From the NCBI GenBank assembly GCA_963740355.1, contig CAVUDW010000001.1:32001-96000 (forward strand): a DNA stretch of 64,000 nt. Reading direction: 5' to 3'. Origin of the DNA: an uncultured Gemmatimonadaceae bacterium. GTDB lineage: Bacteria; Gemmatimonadota; Gemmatimonadetes; Gemmatimonadales; Gemmatimonadaceae. This document shows, one piece after another, positions 1-9,643 of the stretch. A program made the translations under genes and the position numbers. The notes under the pieces were generated by a model, which was not told the origin of the DNA, ran no database searches, and saw nothing but the letters and a program-made list of their open reading frames with translations. Each line of letters starts with the position of its first letter. Positions within the stretch are counted from its first letter, which is position 1.

Positions 1-307
1 TCTCGGCGGAGAAACGGGTCTCGATCAGGTAGTGCTTCGGTGTGACAACGATCGCGGCAAGGACCGCTGCCATCAGCCCAGCAAAGGTCCAGATCGCCAA
101 CTTCTTGTGTCGCTGGAACGCACGGAACGGGAAGCCGGCGGCGACACGCAGGTTCGCGAGCACGAAGACCGGCGCCTCGTCCTGGAAGATCGGGCGACTG
201 TCGCCGAGTGCCGCAGGCGACGCACGCTGGACAGCATACGCGCGCGTGCTGAGCGCCACGGGAGGCGAGTCACCATCAGGCTGGTTGGATCGGGCGGGCA
301 AATTCAT
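1..307 (-). CDS. N-terminus of polysaccharide co-polymerase (Wzz/Wzc/GumC-like), runs off window
   Basis: Manual translation from ATG 307: MNLPARSNQ...FQRHKKLAIWTFAGLMAAVLAAIVVTPKHYLIETRF; basic patch + TM helix + PxxY typical of PCP N-termini; follows the OPX gene. Confidence 0.7.
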   Translation of the reverse strand, partial: MNLPARSNQPDGDSPPVALSTRAYAVQRASPAALGDSRPIFQDEAPVFVLANLRVAAGFPFRAFQRHKKLAIWTFAGLMAAVLAAIVVTPKHYLIETRFSAE

Positions 308-328
308 CAGTGTCTCTCGAGACGACGG

Positions 329-502
329 TCAGGATGGAAGACGGGGATACACGTAGATCACAGCGATCAGGTAGAACGCGTTGAAGGCGGCCATGAGCAG
401 AATCGTGCGCCGTAGCCCCTTTCGCGGAGAACGCTCCGAGGCCGAGGTCATCGGGATGATGACGGTGGCCAGAAGAATCGAGAGCAGCGTGAATTTCTGC
501 AT
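329..502 (-). CDS. 57-aa two-TM small membrane protein (absent from ORF track)
   Basis: MQKFTLLSILLATVIIPMTSASERSPRKGLRRTILLMAAFNAFYLIAVIYVYPRLPS; GAGAGG SD upstream; fills the gap between OPX and PCP genes. Confidence 0.8.
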   Translation of the reverse strand: MQKFTLLSILLATVIIPMTSASERSPRKGLRRTILLMAAFNAFYLIAVIYVYPRLPS

Positions 503-528
503 GGGGGACCTCTCTCTAGACGACCGAG

Positions 529-1203
529 TTACTCAACGACCACAACGTCGCCCGCCTGCAGCCGGAATGCGCCAGCTGGTCCGGTGTCGGTGAGCCCGGC
601 GAAGGTGAAGCGAATGCGGACCGGCGTCGGGACCTTGCGCAGCACGAAGATCCTGTCCTTGTGCGCGAATTCCGTCAGGCCACCCGCGCAGGCGAGCGCC
701 TCGGCGACACCGCTGCGCGGGCCGATCTTGCAAATGCCTGCGCGGGACACCGCGCCCAATACGGTGATCATCACATCCGGGACATCCTCGACCACGACGT
801 TGACGCGTGGCGCGAGGATGAGGTTGCCGTCACGCAGTGCCTTCTCGACCGCCTGGCCGACCTCGACCGGTGTCTTGCCCGCGACGGCGATGTCGTTGAT
901 GAGCGGGATCGCCAGCTTGCCGTCGGTTCGGACGCGCCCGCGCGTCGAGACTTTGTCGTTGTCGAAGACCTGCACGTTGATCAGGTCGCCGACGCCGACG
1001 ACGTACTTGGAGTCGGCGGCGCTTGGTTCTCTGGCGACGTAATCGGCAGCCCAGACGAATTGGCCGACCGGCTTGGCGCAACCGCCAGCGGTCAGGGCCA
1101 ACACGACCATCGCGACGGCCGTGGAGGCAGCGCGCAACTGGGTGAAGAAGCGCATCGGAGTGTGGGTGGGGTGCATGAACGAAAGTGTCGGGTGGGGACG
1201 CAT
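529..1203 (-). CDS. Short polysaccharide export (OPX/Wza-like) lipoprotein, Poly_export + one SLBB domain
   Basis: Lipobox LTAGGC; YVVGVGDLINVQV..VRTDGKLAIPLI export motif; AGGLTEFA SLBB; ends LQAGDVVVVE. Confidence 0.9.
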   Translation of the reverse strand: MRPHPTLSFMHPTHTPMRFFTQLRAASTAVAMVVLALTAGGCAKPVGQFVWAADYVAREPSAADSKYVVGVGDLINVQVFDNDKVSTRGRVRTDGKLAIPLINDIAVAGKTPVEVGQAVEKALRDGNLILAPRVNVVVEDVPDVMITVLGAVSRAGICKIGPRSGVAEALACAGGLTEFAHKDRIFVLRKVPTPVRIRFTFAGLTDTGPAGAFRLQAGDVVVVE

Positions 1204-1222
1204 CGCTCAGGAGCGAGGCGGG

Positions 1223-2386
1223 TCAGCGAGAGCCAAAGGTGTATCCGATCTGCATCTGTGCCGCCATGCCGGATGCCTTGGTGACATCCTCACGCTGTCG
1301 GTACGCAACGCCACTGCCGAAAGTGAAGCCTGACCTGAGTACACGCCGAAACGACGCCGTGGCCGCGCGTGACTTGAATCGCAGCCCAGCACCGCTCGAC
1401 ACCTTGCTGTCAGCCATGGACGCGCCAAGGGTGACAAAGTTGCCCCGCTTCGCCTGAAAATCGTAGGCGACGGTTGCCGCACCGGTGGTCAACAACTGTC
1501 CGATACCGAACGCCTGCGACACTGCCCGCGTGTAGCCGGCAGAGAGTACGCCTGGCCCGATCGAGTCGCGCCCCTCAGCACTACCTGTCGGCAGGAATTT
1601 CGCCGGTCCGCCGGAGGAAAAGCGCGTCACGCCACCAATCAATCGAAGCTGTACCGAACCGAGCCGTGGAAGCCATCCAGCGCCAACAGACTGCGACGAC
1701 AGGGGCAGGCCGTTCGCCTTTCCCTCTTGGACGTCCGCGACGAACGTGTATCCCGCGCGGCGTGAGTATTGATGGGTGGATGATGCACGAGCGGTGAGCG
1801 CGCCGCCTGGGACAAGCACGGGTGAATCGAAGGTCACGTACGTGTAGCCGATTTCGGCGTGGCCAGTAGACGCAGCACTGAAGCGGCGGTCCGCCGACAC
1901 CACGCCTCCTCCGGACTTCTGGAACGAGAGGCCCAGCAACGGCAGTTGCACTGTACCGAGCACGTCGGTCGTGAGTCGCGTGCGATAGAACGCACCCGCC
2001 TGCCCCGTCGTCTGTGGTGTGAGGCGTCGAATTCCGTTGAGATTGAACTCGTAGGTATACGTATTCAGCGGCGACAGCTCGTTGTAGCGAATGGCGCTCC
2101 CCGCGGCGGTCAAGCCGAGACTGCCTCTCGCGCCCTGGCGGAGCACGGCGACGGCGGTGTTGATGCGGGTGACGAAGTCCTTGTCATCATCCCCGGTCAG
2201 GTAGCGCACGTTGCTGTCCCAGCCCTGCTCGGCCGTGGTGGTCCAGAGCCAGGAGCTGTGCACCGACCCAGCTGGCACCGGTCCGCTGCGCTGCGCCTCA
2301 AGCGATCCGGGCAGCGAACCGGACATAACGACAAAGCCGAGCGCGAGAACTTCTCGCGCTCCGAATCGGGCACTCACTCCGTTCAC
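1223..2386 (-). CDS. Outer-membrane beta-barrel protein associated with polysaccharide export
   Basis: Signal peptide; GWDSNV N-terminal motif; alternating beta-strand pattern; C-terminal QIGYTF; directly upstream of OPX. Confidence 0.75.
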   Translation of the reverse strand: MNGVSARFGAREVLALGFVVMSGSLPGSLEAQRSGPVPAGSVHSSWLWTTTAEQGWDSNVRYLTGDDDKDFVTRINTAVAVLRQGARGSLGLTAAGSAIRYNELSPLNTYTYEFNLNGIRRLTPQTTGQAGAFYRTRLTTDVLGTVQLPLLGLSFQKSGGGVVSADRRFSAASTGHAEIGYTYVTFDSPVLVPGGALTARASSTHQYSRRAGYTFVADVQEGKANGLPLSSQSVGAGWLPRLGSVQLRLIGGVTRFSSGGPAKFLPTGSAEGRDSIGPGVLSAGYTRAVSQAFGIGQLLTTGAATVAYDFQAKRGNFVTLGASMADSKVSSGAGLRFKSRAATASFRRVLRSGFTFGSGVAYRQREDVTKASGMAAQMQIGYTFGSR

Positions 2387-4158
2387 CTCGCCGCCGTACC
2401 CGAGAGACTTTCCGAACGCGGCTGGAATCGTGGCGACTCAGCCGCCGTGTAACGACGCGGTCGAGACGCACGCGGCTTGCGCCCGAGCATCAGGCGCAAT
2501 GGCACCGGCTTGCGCCCTCCGAGCGTGAAGATTGTGGCCGCGAGGATCATCACATCCAGACGGAACGAGACGTTGCGCACGTAGAGCAGGTCGTAGTGAA
2601 TCCACTGATGGAAGTCACCGGTCGCACGATCCTTGCGACAGACCTGCCACAGGCCGGTGATTCCAGGGCGAACCGAGAGGCGACCATTGCGCCACGGTAC
2701 GCAGATCTGGTTTTCACGGAACGGCGATGGCCGCGGCCCGACGAAACTCATCTCACCGCGCGCCACATTCCAGAGTTGCGGCAATTCGTCGACGTTCAGC
2801 TTGCGCAGCCAATGGCCAACCTTCGTCACGCGCGGGTCGTGATCCATCTTGAACTGCGGTCCGTCCATCTGCTGCTGCGCAGCCAGCGCGCGCTGCATGT
2901 CGTCAGCGTTCGTCAACATGCTGCGGAACTTCCAGCACTTGAACGCCCGGGCATCCTTGCCCTCGCGCGAGTCGCCGTAGAAGATCGGGCCGCTGGAGGT
3001 GAACTTGACCAGCAAGGCCATCACGATGAGGAGCGGCGAGAGCAGGACCAACGCCACGAAGGCCAGGATCGGCTCGAAGAACGCCTTCACCGTGACGTAC
3101 TTCGGAATCGGGCTGCGACTGGTTGGTTCGGGAGCCGCCACGAGATGTGCGGCGGTGTGGCGACGCTGACCGCCCATGGCACCGGCATGCGTCGAATCGC
3201 CGCTGATCACGCGGTGGCGCACCGTGACGCCCTTCAGCACTTCGGCGCCAGGCAACACGAGGCACTGCGCGACGACGGCATCTTGATGCACATGCGCGCC
3301 TTCGCCGATCGTGGTCGGACCAATCACCAGCGCGCCCTCGTCGATCAAGGCACCCTCACGCACCACCACCGGGCCAACCAGTCGCGCCGTGGGATGGACG
3401 TTCGCTCGTGGCGAACGCAGCGACGCATCCTGCCCGCGCACCTTGCCCAGCTCTCGCAGCGTGGACATCGCGCTGACCCGGCGCTCACTCAACGCAAGCG
3501 CACCCGCTTCGTCGTTGAGGTCGAAGCAGTCGCCGTGATACGGCACATCCTGATTGGGAATACCGCTCGACGAGAGCTGCATCCGCAAGCCCTCGAGTGA
3601 CGTCAGCGTCATCGGCATGGCCATCTGTGCACACGCCACCGGCACCAGCGACGCCAGCACGCCGGACGGGAACGGCCAGGTGACCGGCTCGAAGTAACGC
3701 TGGATGCGGCGCACGCGCCCATCGTCGTCTGCCTGCACCAATTCCTTGGTGTGCAGCGTCGGCGCCTCGAAGGCGACCAGGTGCCGCACCATGCGTGCGT
3801 CGTTGACGCTCGCAGTGCTCAGCGGTCGCAAGTCGACGCCGTCCGACGGGTAGCAGACGGGCGACACGAACAGGAATGAATCCGATGGCGTGAACCGCTC
3901 CATCTCGCTGCGGAACTGGCCAATGCTCTTGACGCGTTCCACGTCCGAATAGCCGGCGCGGATGCGCCGCTCATAGTCGGCGTCGACATCGAAGGCCGTG
4001 AGCACGATCGGCCGGTGCGCGGTGACGCGCAGCACACTGCGCATCAACTCGCGAAGCAACAGGTCGTCGGCGGTCGGCAGCAACAGCAGCGAACCGCTAT
4101 CGAGATCGTTTCCGGTATACGAAGGGCGTACGTCGAGCAGGACGGGAACGATGCTCAT
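2383..4158 (-). CDS. Fusion: degenerate nucleotidyltransferase-like + left-handed beta-helix + phosphoglycosyltransferase (bacterial sugar transferase)
   Basis: C-terminal [33 protein letters not shown]; central hexapeptide repeats ([13 protein letters not shown]); 4-nt overlap with both neighbours. Confidence 0.85.
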   Translation of the reverse strand: MSIVPVLLDVRPSYTGNDLDSGSLLLLPTADDLLLRELMRSVLRVTAHRPIVLTAFDVDADYERRIRAGYSDVERVKSIGQFRSEMERFTPSDSFLFVSPVCYPSDGVDLRPLSTASVNDARMVRHLVAFEAPTLHTKELVQADDDGRVRRIQRYFEPVTWPFPSGVLASLVPVACAQMAMPMTLTSLEGLRMQLSSSGIPNQDVPYHGDCFDLNDEAGALALSERRVSAMSTLRELGKVRGQDASLRSPRANVHPTARLVGPVVVREGALIDEGALVIGPTTIGEGAHVHQDAVVAQCLVLPGAEVLKGVTVRHRVISGDSTHAGAMGGQRRHTAAHLVAAPEPTSRSPIPKYVTVKAFFEPILAFVALVLLSPLLIVMALLVKFTSSGPIFYGDSREGKDARAFKCWKFRSMLTNADDMQRALAAQQQMDGPQFKMDHDPRVTKVGHWLRKLNVDELPQLWNVARGEMSFVGPRPSPFRENQICVPWRNGRLSVRPGITGLWQVCRKDRATGDFHQWIHYDLLYVRNVSFRLDVMILAATIFTLGGRKPVPLRLMLGRKPRASRPRRYTAAESPRFQPRSESLSGTAAR

Positions 4159-5417
4159 TTCAGTGTGGCCTGATCACGTGTCGGTCGAAGGGCATTGTCC
4201 ACGCGATCGCGTGCGAAACCGAATCCATTGCGCAGCCGTTCCGTGGCTGACTCGAGACTTGGCAGCAGCTCTGCGCTGGCGCCATCAGCCGCCACGCCCG
4301 ATGAGGTGCGGTCGAGCACCGAGAACTGATCTGGCAGCTGCGTGACACTCTTGAGGCGATCACCTGGCACGACGACACAGCGATCTGCCAGCACCGACGA
4401 GTCCACGATCGCGTCCTCACCAATCACACAATCGTCCCAGATGAATGACCGCGACACGAGCGCTCGAGCGGCCACCACGGTACGCTCGCCAATCGACGCA
4501 GGGCCAACGATCACGGCATCCGCTTCGACCCGCACGCCGGCACCGAGCAGGATGGGGCCGACGAGACGCGCACTGGGATGGATCACCGCCGTCGGGTGAT
4601 GCATCCCCTCACCCTCGCGCACATAGTGCGAGAGAAACGCCGGACGCTCGATCGCGCGTGTCACCAACCAGCGACTGACCGCGGCATAACTCGAATAATC
4701 GAGCACCTTGGCGGAGAGCCCGTGGACTTCGTGCATCGCGACATGGCCGCCTGCGGCATTCAGCCGGCCGAGCAGTCCTTCCTTGATGTCCTGATAACCA
4801 TGCTCGGCGACCGATTCCAGTGCGCTGCGTTCGAAGACGTAGATACCGGCCGGCTGTCGGCGCACACCGCTGGCCATGCCACGACGTCGACGATCAAACT
4901 CGACCACCACGGTCGCCACAGCGCCGGACTTCCGGTGCGCCGCAATCATGGCGCTGAAGTCGAGCGTGGGCACGATGGTGCCTTCGATGACGACGAAGAT
5001 CTTCGCATTCGTCATCACGGCGGCATCGCGTGCACAGCCAGCGGGCCCGCGGGGCTCATGATCCTCGAAGTAGTCGAGGGCGAGCTGCATCCGTGAGCCG
5101 TCGCCAAGCACTTCACGCAGCGACGGTGTCGCGCTGTTGGCGCACAACACGGCGGACTGAATCCCCGCGTCGCGCAGCCACTGCAGCGGATAGTTGATCA
5201 GCGGCGTATGCGCGACAGGCAGCAGCGGCCCTCGCAGCACTCGCTCGAACACGCCATCACCCCAGTGATGCGTGCCAGCCAGCACAATTCCGCACACGTC
5301 GTCGGCATCCGACGTCGCCCGCACAGCGGCGGCCGGTGCGTCTGCGTGCAGCTGGCCCTCCTGCTGCGCCGCAACGAATGGATCCAAGGGCATGAACGGC
5401 AACGTCGCCACCTTCAT
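4155..5417 (-). CDS. NDP-sugar pyrophosphorylase (Man-1-P guanylyltransferase)-like protein with LbH domain, degenerate active-site motif
   Basis: GIVLAG...PLLPVAHTPLI, EPRGPAGC, GIYVF, C-terminal hexapeptide repeats; start uncertain (5417 or 5486). Confidence 0.8.
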   Translation of the reverse strand: MKVATLPFMPLDPFVAAQQEGQLHADAPAAAVRATSDADDVCGIVLAGTHHWGDGVFERVLRGPLLPVAHTPLINYPLQWLRDAGIQSAVLCANSATPSLREVLGDGSRMQLALDYFEDHEPRGPAGCARDAAVMTNAKIFVVIEGTIVPTLDFSAMIAAHRKSGAVATVVVEFDRRRRGMASGVRRQPAGIYVFERSALESVAEHGYQDIKEGLLGRLNAAGGHVAMHEVHGLSAKVLDYSSYAAVSRWLVTRAIERPAFLSHYVREGEGMHHPTAVIHPSARLVGPILLGAGVRVEADAVIVGPASIGERTVVAARALVSRSFIWDDCVIGEDAIVDSSVLADRCVVVPGDRLKSVTQLPDQFSVLDRTSSGVAADGASAELLPSLESATERLRNGFGFARDRVDNALRPTRDQATLK

Positions 5418-5818
5418 GAACGTGAGAACTGATTGAAGCCCACTACTCCTGCACGGCTTACTCAGCCTAGCACGGAGCACCGACACGATCGCTTACGTGT
5501 GTGTGCACCAATGACTGGTACGCCTGCAGGTTCGTAACGACGTAATCGAATCTACGTGCACCGACAGCTTGTCCAGCGAAGTGCCGGAATCCGAGCCCGA
5601 GCCGGTACACGACAGCTCACGTAAACGTTAGTAGTCTCAAACCTAGCGAAACCTTGCTCGGAATGCACCTCCGCACGCCTCCAGCACATCCATGCGAGAG
5701 GAACGCACCATGGCATCGTCGACTCTCATGTCGTCGCTGATCATCAGCACAGCAGCTGGCAGTATCGACACCTGCACGATGCGAAGCGACACAGGAGAAA
5801 TCCAGCGGACCCAGCCTT

Positions 5819-7090
5819 TTGTGCGCGCCGCCACGATCGGTTCCGCTGAGCTCGCCGGGTGACCATGTCGTCGGATGGTCGTTTGCCGCCGGAGGGACCC
5901 GGCATCAGCTTCACGCCTCCCGATCACAATCTCTACGACGTACCACGTGCTACCGGTTCTGTCCCCTGACTGATATCGCCCTTCCGACCGTCCAGCTGCC
6001 GACCTCCACAGCAGAGCGTAACGACGCCGCCACCAGACCGGCGGCCTCGAAGCGACTTCCCTTCCTCGACGCGTTACGCGGCGTGGCAGCGATGTGGGTG
6101 GTGGTTTTCCACATTGGCGAAGGGCGGCAAGTGGCAGCCATGCAGTCCGTACTGCCGGCATGGTTGAACACGGCCATTTTCCCGTCGGGGCACTTCGGGG
6201 TTCCGATCTTTTTCGTCCTCAGCGGCTTCGTGATCGCGCTCTCGATCGGTACCGATCGCGTGACAGCCGGCTACGTCGGCCGCTTCGCCCTCCGACGCGC
6301 CATCCGGCTCGATATCCCCTATTGGGCCTCCATCGCGGTGACCCTCGGGTTCGTGGCCGTCAAGGCCGCGATGCAGCCTGGCAGCGCGCCGCCCCCGACG
6401 ACGATCGGCCAGATCCTGGCCCACATGTTCTACCTCCAGGATTTCCTCGGCTATCGCTCGATCAACACCGTCTACTGGACGCTTTGCTTCGAAATCCAGT
6501 TCTATCTGCTGTTCTGCGCGCTCCTTGGGGTGGCCCAGGCCTTCCAGCGCGATCAGGCCAGCCGTCGGTCGACCGCGGTGGTCTTCACACTCGCCGCGAT
6601 CACCTCGATCATCTGGCCGCTCGTGCCCTCGCTCCATCTACGCGGGCTCGCGCTGCCGAACTGGCACGGCTTCCTGCTCGGCGCCTTCGTCTACTGGTCG
6701 ATCAAGGGGACCATGCCGACCAGGTGGTACCTCCTCTACGCGGCGGCCCTGCTGGGTGTCTTCGCGGTGACCCACGACAGCTTCACCATCGTCTGTGTGG
6801 CGACCTCAGGCATAATCCTTCTGGTCGGCCTGGCTGGCAAGCTGGGCAGCTGGCTCGAAGCAGCCTGGCTGCAGTTCCTCGGCAAGATCTCTTACAGCCT
6901 GTACCTGCTCCACGTCCCGGTCAGCGGTGCGGCCTTCTTCGTACTGTCACGACTCCTTGGCCATTCGCCGGGTGAGGACTTCCTCGCCATGGTCGCCGTG
7001 ATCGCCATCAACTGCATTGCTGCGCAGCTGTTCTGGTGGGCTGTCGAGCGACCAAGTACCGCCCTCGGTCGTCGCTTGCGGAAGGGCTGA
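5819..7090 (+). CDS. Acyltransferase_3 (OafA-like) membrane O-acyltransferase
   Basis: LDALRGVAAMWVVVFH, GVPIFFVLSGF, YWTLCFEIQFY, LGKISYSLYLLH, VERP; true start probably downstream (~5960-6000). Confidence 0.9.
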   Translation: MCAPPRSVPLSSPGDHVVGWSFAAGGTRHQLHASRSQSLRRTTCYRFCPLTDIALPTVQLPTSTAERNDAATRPAASKRLPFLDALRGVAAMWVVVFHIGEGRQVAAMQSVLPAWLNTAIFPSGHFGVPIFFVLSGFVIALSIGTDRVTAGYVGRFALRRAIRLDIPYWASIAVTLGFVAVKAAMQPGSAPPPTTIGQILAHMFYLQDFLGYRSINTVYWTLCFEIQFYLLFCALLGVAQAFQRDQASRRSTAVVFTLAAITSIIWPLVPSLHLRGLALPNWHGFLLGAFVYWSIKGTMPTRWYLLYAAALLGVFAVTHDSFTIVCVATSGIILLVGLAGKLGSWLEAAWLQFLGKISYSLYLLHVPVSGAAFFVLSRLLGHSPGEDFLAMVAVIAINCIAAQLFWWAVERPSTALGRRLRKG

Positions 7091-7161
7091 CGTCCCCCGA
7101 ATCTCGCCGCTGGCGCCAGTCGCCGCGGCCCCCTGCTGCGTTCCCCGACTTCCTCACGATC

Positions 7162-9606
7162 ATGCGCCTCGCCCCTCCGATTCTTCTTGCTGCCCTCGCC
7201 GTTGCAGGATGCAGATCAGGGGAGAAGCAACCGCCGCCAGAGACCCGGATCGCTTGCACTGCAGTCCGCGCAACGGCGTCGATCCATTGTCGCAATGCCG
7301 TCATCACCGCCTCCGGTGTGCCTGCCGTCGATCGCTCGGGAAGTGCGCTGCTCCTGACCGCCCAGGGCGTCGATGTTCGGGTGCTGACGAGCGCGATCAG
7401 CTGGACGGATACCGGTGTCAGCTTCGACGCCGCCATTCAGAATCTTGCCGGCCAACGGATCGGATCGAGCAACGGCGACACCGCGGATCCTCGCGGCATC
7501 CGCATGGTATTCGTCGCACCAGAGGCCGAGCTCGCAGGTGCCGCGGCGCCAGCTCAGGTGATTGCCGCACCGGTGGAAAGCAGTGTCACGGGCCGTGACA
7601 GTGTGACAGGAGCGTCGCAACCCTTCGTGAAGTTCGCCGCGCTGCTCGACAGCGGCGCAGTGACGGCACCCACGCGTGTGCAGCTCAGCATTCCCGCCAA
7701 TGCACCGTCTGCGACCTTTGCGCTCGTCGTCGTTGCTCCGGTGAAGCATCCCCATGGTTGGCTGCGCATTGCACCAGCTGCCGTGGTCGTGGCCATCGGA
7801 CGGCCGCGCACCCTCGAGGCCGAACTGCGCGATGCACTCGGGCGCGCGATGCCCTCCACCGCTGTCACCTGGTCGACGTCCACGATCGAGAACGCCGACG
7901 TCACCTCTGACGGCGCCGTCAACGGAAAGAAGACGGGCATCGCGCGGGTGATCGTGACCTGCGACGCACCATGTGCCGCCGCCGGCGATACGGCGCAACT
8001 GGCGATTACCGCGGCCGAAGGAGTGACGCTTGCGGTGCAGCCACGCGCGCAGCACGCCATTTCCCGTTTCGTCTACGGCATCAATTTCGCCACCGATGAC
8101 AGCATCAGCTCGGGCGGCGGTTCGCCCTGGTACGGCGCAAAGATACCCCGCCTCATGACTATCAATCGCGTCGGCGGCAATCGCATGTCGGCGTACAACT
8201 GGCGCACGAATTTCTCCAACGCCGGCAACGACTATCGCTTCCAGAACGACCGCTACATCTCGGGCAGCGACGTCCCGGGCGAGGCCATTCGCAGCCGGAT
8301 TGCGTCCACGCTCGATCGCGGCGCCGCCAGCCTGATCACGATTCCGATGCTCCCTTTCGTGGCGGCGGATGCCCAGGGAGAGCCACTCGACACACTTGGC
8401 TCGACACACGACGCGCGCATGAAAGCGCATTTCGTTCCCAATCGTGCATCGCGCAGCGATGGCGACGCTCCGGGGACGGTCTACCAGGATCAGTTCGTAC
8501 AATGGGTGGACAGCATGTTCCCCGCCGCACGAACCGACACACTGCGTCCAATCTTCTTCAGCCTCGACAACGAGCCGGACATCTGGCACGCGACGCATCG
8601 CGAAATCATGAGCGATACGCTCGGCAAGCCGCGGTACCAGACGTATGATGGATTCATCGGCACGAGCATCATGTTCGCGAAGGCTGCAAAGTCCGTTCGG
8701 CCGGGCACCGTGATCTTCGGGCCAGCGGTCGCCACCTACGCCGGCGTGATGACGCTCGGCCAGTACCCGACCAGCGATCCGGTGTACGGCAAGAGTCCGT
8801 TCTTCGAGATCTACCTCGACAAGATGCATGCTGCCGAACAGGAAGGTGGCCAGCGTCTGCTCGACGTGCTCGACCTGCATTTCTACCCGGCGACGGGAAC
8901 CAGCAACGGCGAGATCACGAACGATTGGGCGAAGCAGGACGAGGAGATGGCGGAGAAGCGCATCCAGGCACCGCGATCACTCTGGGACTCGACCTATGAC
9001 GAGAAGAGCTGGGTCTCCGATGTCACCGGTGGGCCAATCGCGCTCTTCCCTCGCTTGCGTGAGATGATTGCCGGGCACTACCCGGGGACGAAGATGGCCA
9101 TCACCGAGTACTACTACGGTCGCGGTGGCGACATCTCCGGAGGCCTCGCGCAGGCCGACGTGCTTGGGATCTTCGGGCGCGAAGGTGCCTTTGCCGCAAC
9201 CTTCTGGGGGCAGGCTGCCGTCGACACGTACGGCAACAGCGGCGAGCGCGCGTACGCGTATGCGTTCGGCGCGTTCCGGCTCTTCCGAGACTACGACGGC
9301 GCCGGTGGAAGCTTTGGTGACATCGGGCTTGGCGCGGCCAGCTCAGACAACAGGAAAGCCTCGATTTATGCCAGCCGGCGCGCCGACGGCCGCATCGTGC
9401 TGATCGTGATCAACAAGTCGCCGCTCGCGCTCGATGCGGATATCCCGATGACTTCCGGCCCGCAACCGAAGGGTGCTCAGACGTACACCATGCGTGACGG
9501 GGCACCGTCGCCGGTCCGCGGTCCCGACATCACGGTGCCGGCCGGTGGCTACCTGAGTTTCAAAATGCCGGCCCGCTCCGCAACAACGCTCGTACTCGAC
9601 CCCTGA
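7162..9606 (+). CDS. Lipoprotein glycoside hydrolase family 44 with Ig-like (Big_2) domain
   Basis: Lipobox LAVAGC; ISRFVYGIN, RVGGNRMSAYNW, SNAGNDY, LDNEP (acid/base), LDLHFYP, ITEY (nucleophile), QADVLGIFG. Confidence 0.88.
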   Translation: MRLAPPILLAALAVAGCRSGEKQPPPETRIACTAVRATASIHCRNAVITASGVPAVDRSGSALLLTAQGVDVRVLTSAISWTDTGVSFDAAIQNLAGQRIGSSNGDTADPRGIRMVFVAPEAELAGAAAPAQVIAAPVESSVTGRDSVTGASQPFVKFAALLDSGAVTAPTRVQLSIPANAPSATFALVVVAPVKHPHGWLRIAPAAVVVAIGRPRTLEAELRDALGRAMPSTAVTWSTSTIENADVTSDGAVNGKKTGIARVIVTCDAPCAAAGDTAQLAITAAEGVTLAVQPRAQHAISRFVYGINFATDDSISSGGGSPWYGAKIPRLMTINRVGGNRMSAYNWRTNFSNAGNDYRFQNDRYISGSDVPGEAIRSRIASTLDRGAASLITIPMLPFVAADAQGEPLDTLGSTHDARMKAHFVPNRASRSDGDAPGTVYQDQFVQWVDSMFPAARTDTLRPIFFSLDNEPDIWHATHREIMSDTLGKPRYQTYDGFIGTSIMFAKAAKSVRPGTVIFGPAVATYAGVMTLGQYPTSDPVYGKSPFFEIYLDKMHAAEQEGGQRLLDVLDLHFYPATGTSNGEITNDWAKQDEEMAEKRIQAPRSLWDSTYDEKSWVSDVTGGPIALFPRLREMIAGHYPGTKMAITEYYYGRGGDISGGLAQADVLGIFGREGAFAATFWGQAAVDTYGNSGERAYAYAFGAFRLFRDYDGAGGSFGDIGLGAASSDNRKASIYASRRADGRIVLIVINKSPLALDADIPMTSGPQPKGAQTYTMRDGAPSPVRGPDITVPAGGYLSFKMPARSATTLVLDP

Positions 9607-9643
9607 CACTCGCGCCGCAGTGGCGGCGCGATTCGAGTGTCAG
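9603..9643. terminator. GC-rich hairpin between convergent genes (possible bidirectional terminator)
   Basis: TCGCGCCGC-AGTG-GCGGCGCGA stem (9610-9631) plus outer CTGACACTCG/CGAGTGTCAG arms; no U-tract. Confidence 0.55.

Noticed and set aside
5490..5960. Coding ORF (5643-6161 minus) or riboswitch in the divergent intergenic region
   Set aside because: Arg-rich non-protein-like translation and no recognisable RNA motif; probably promoter DNA, but I cannot define sites confidently
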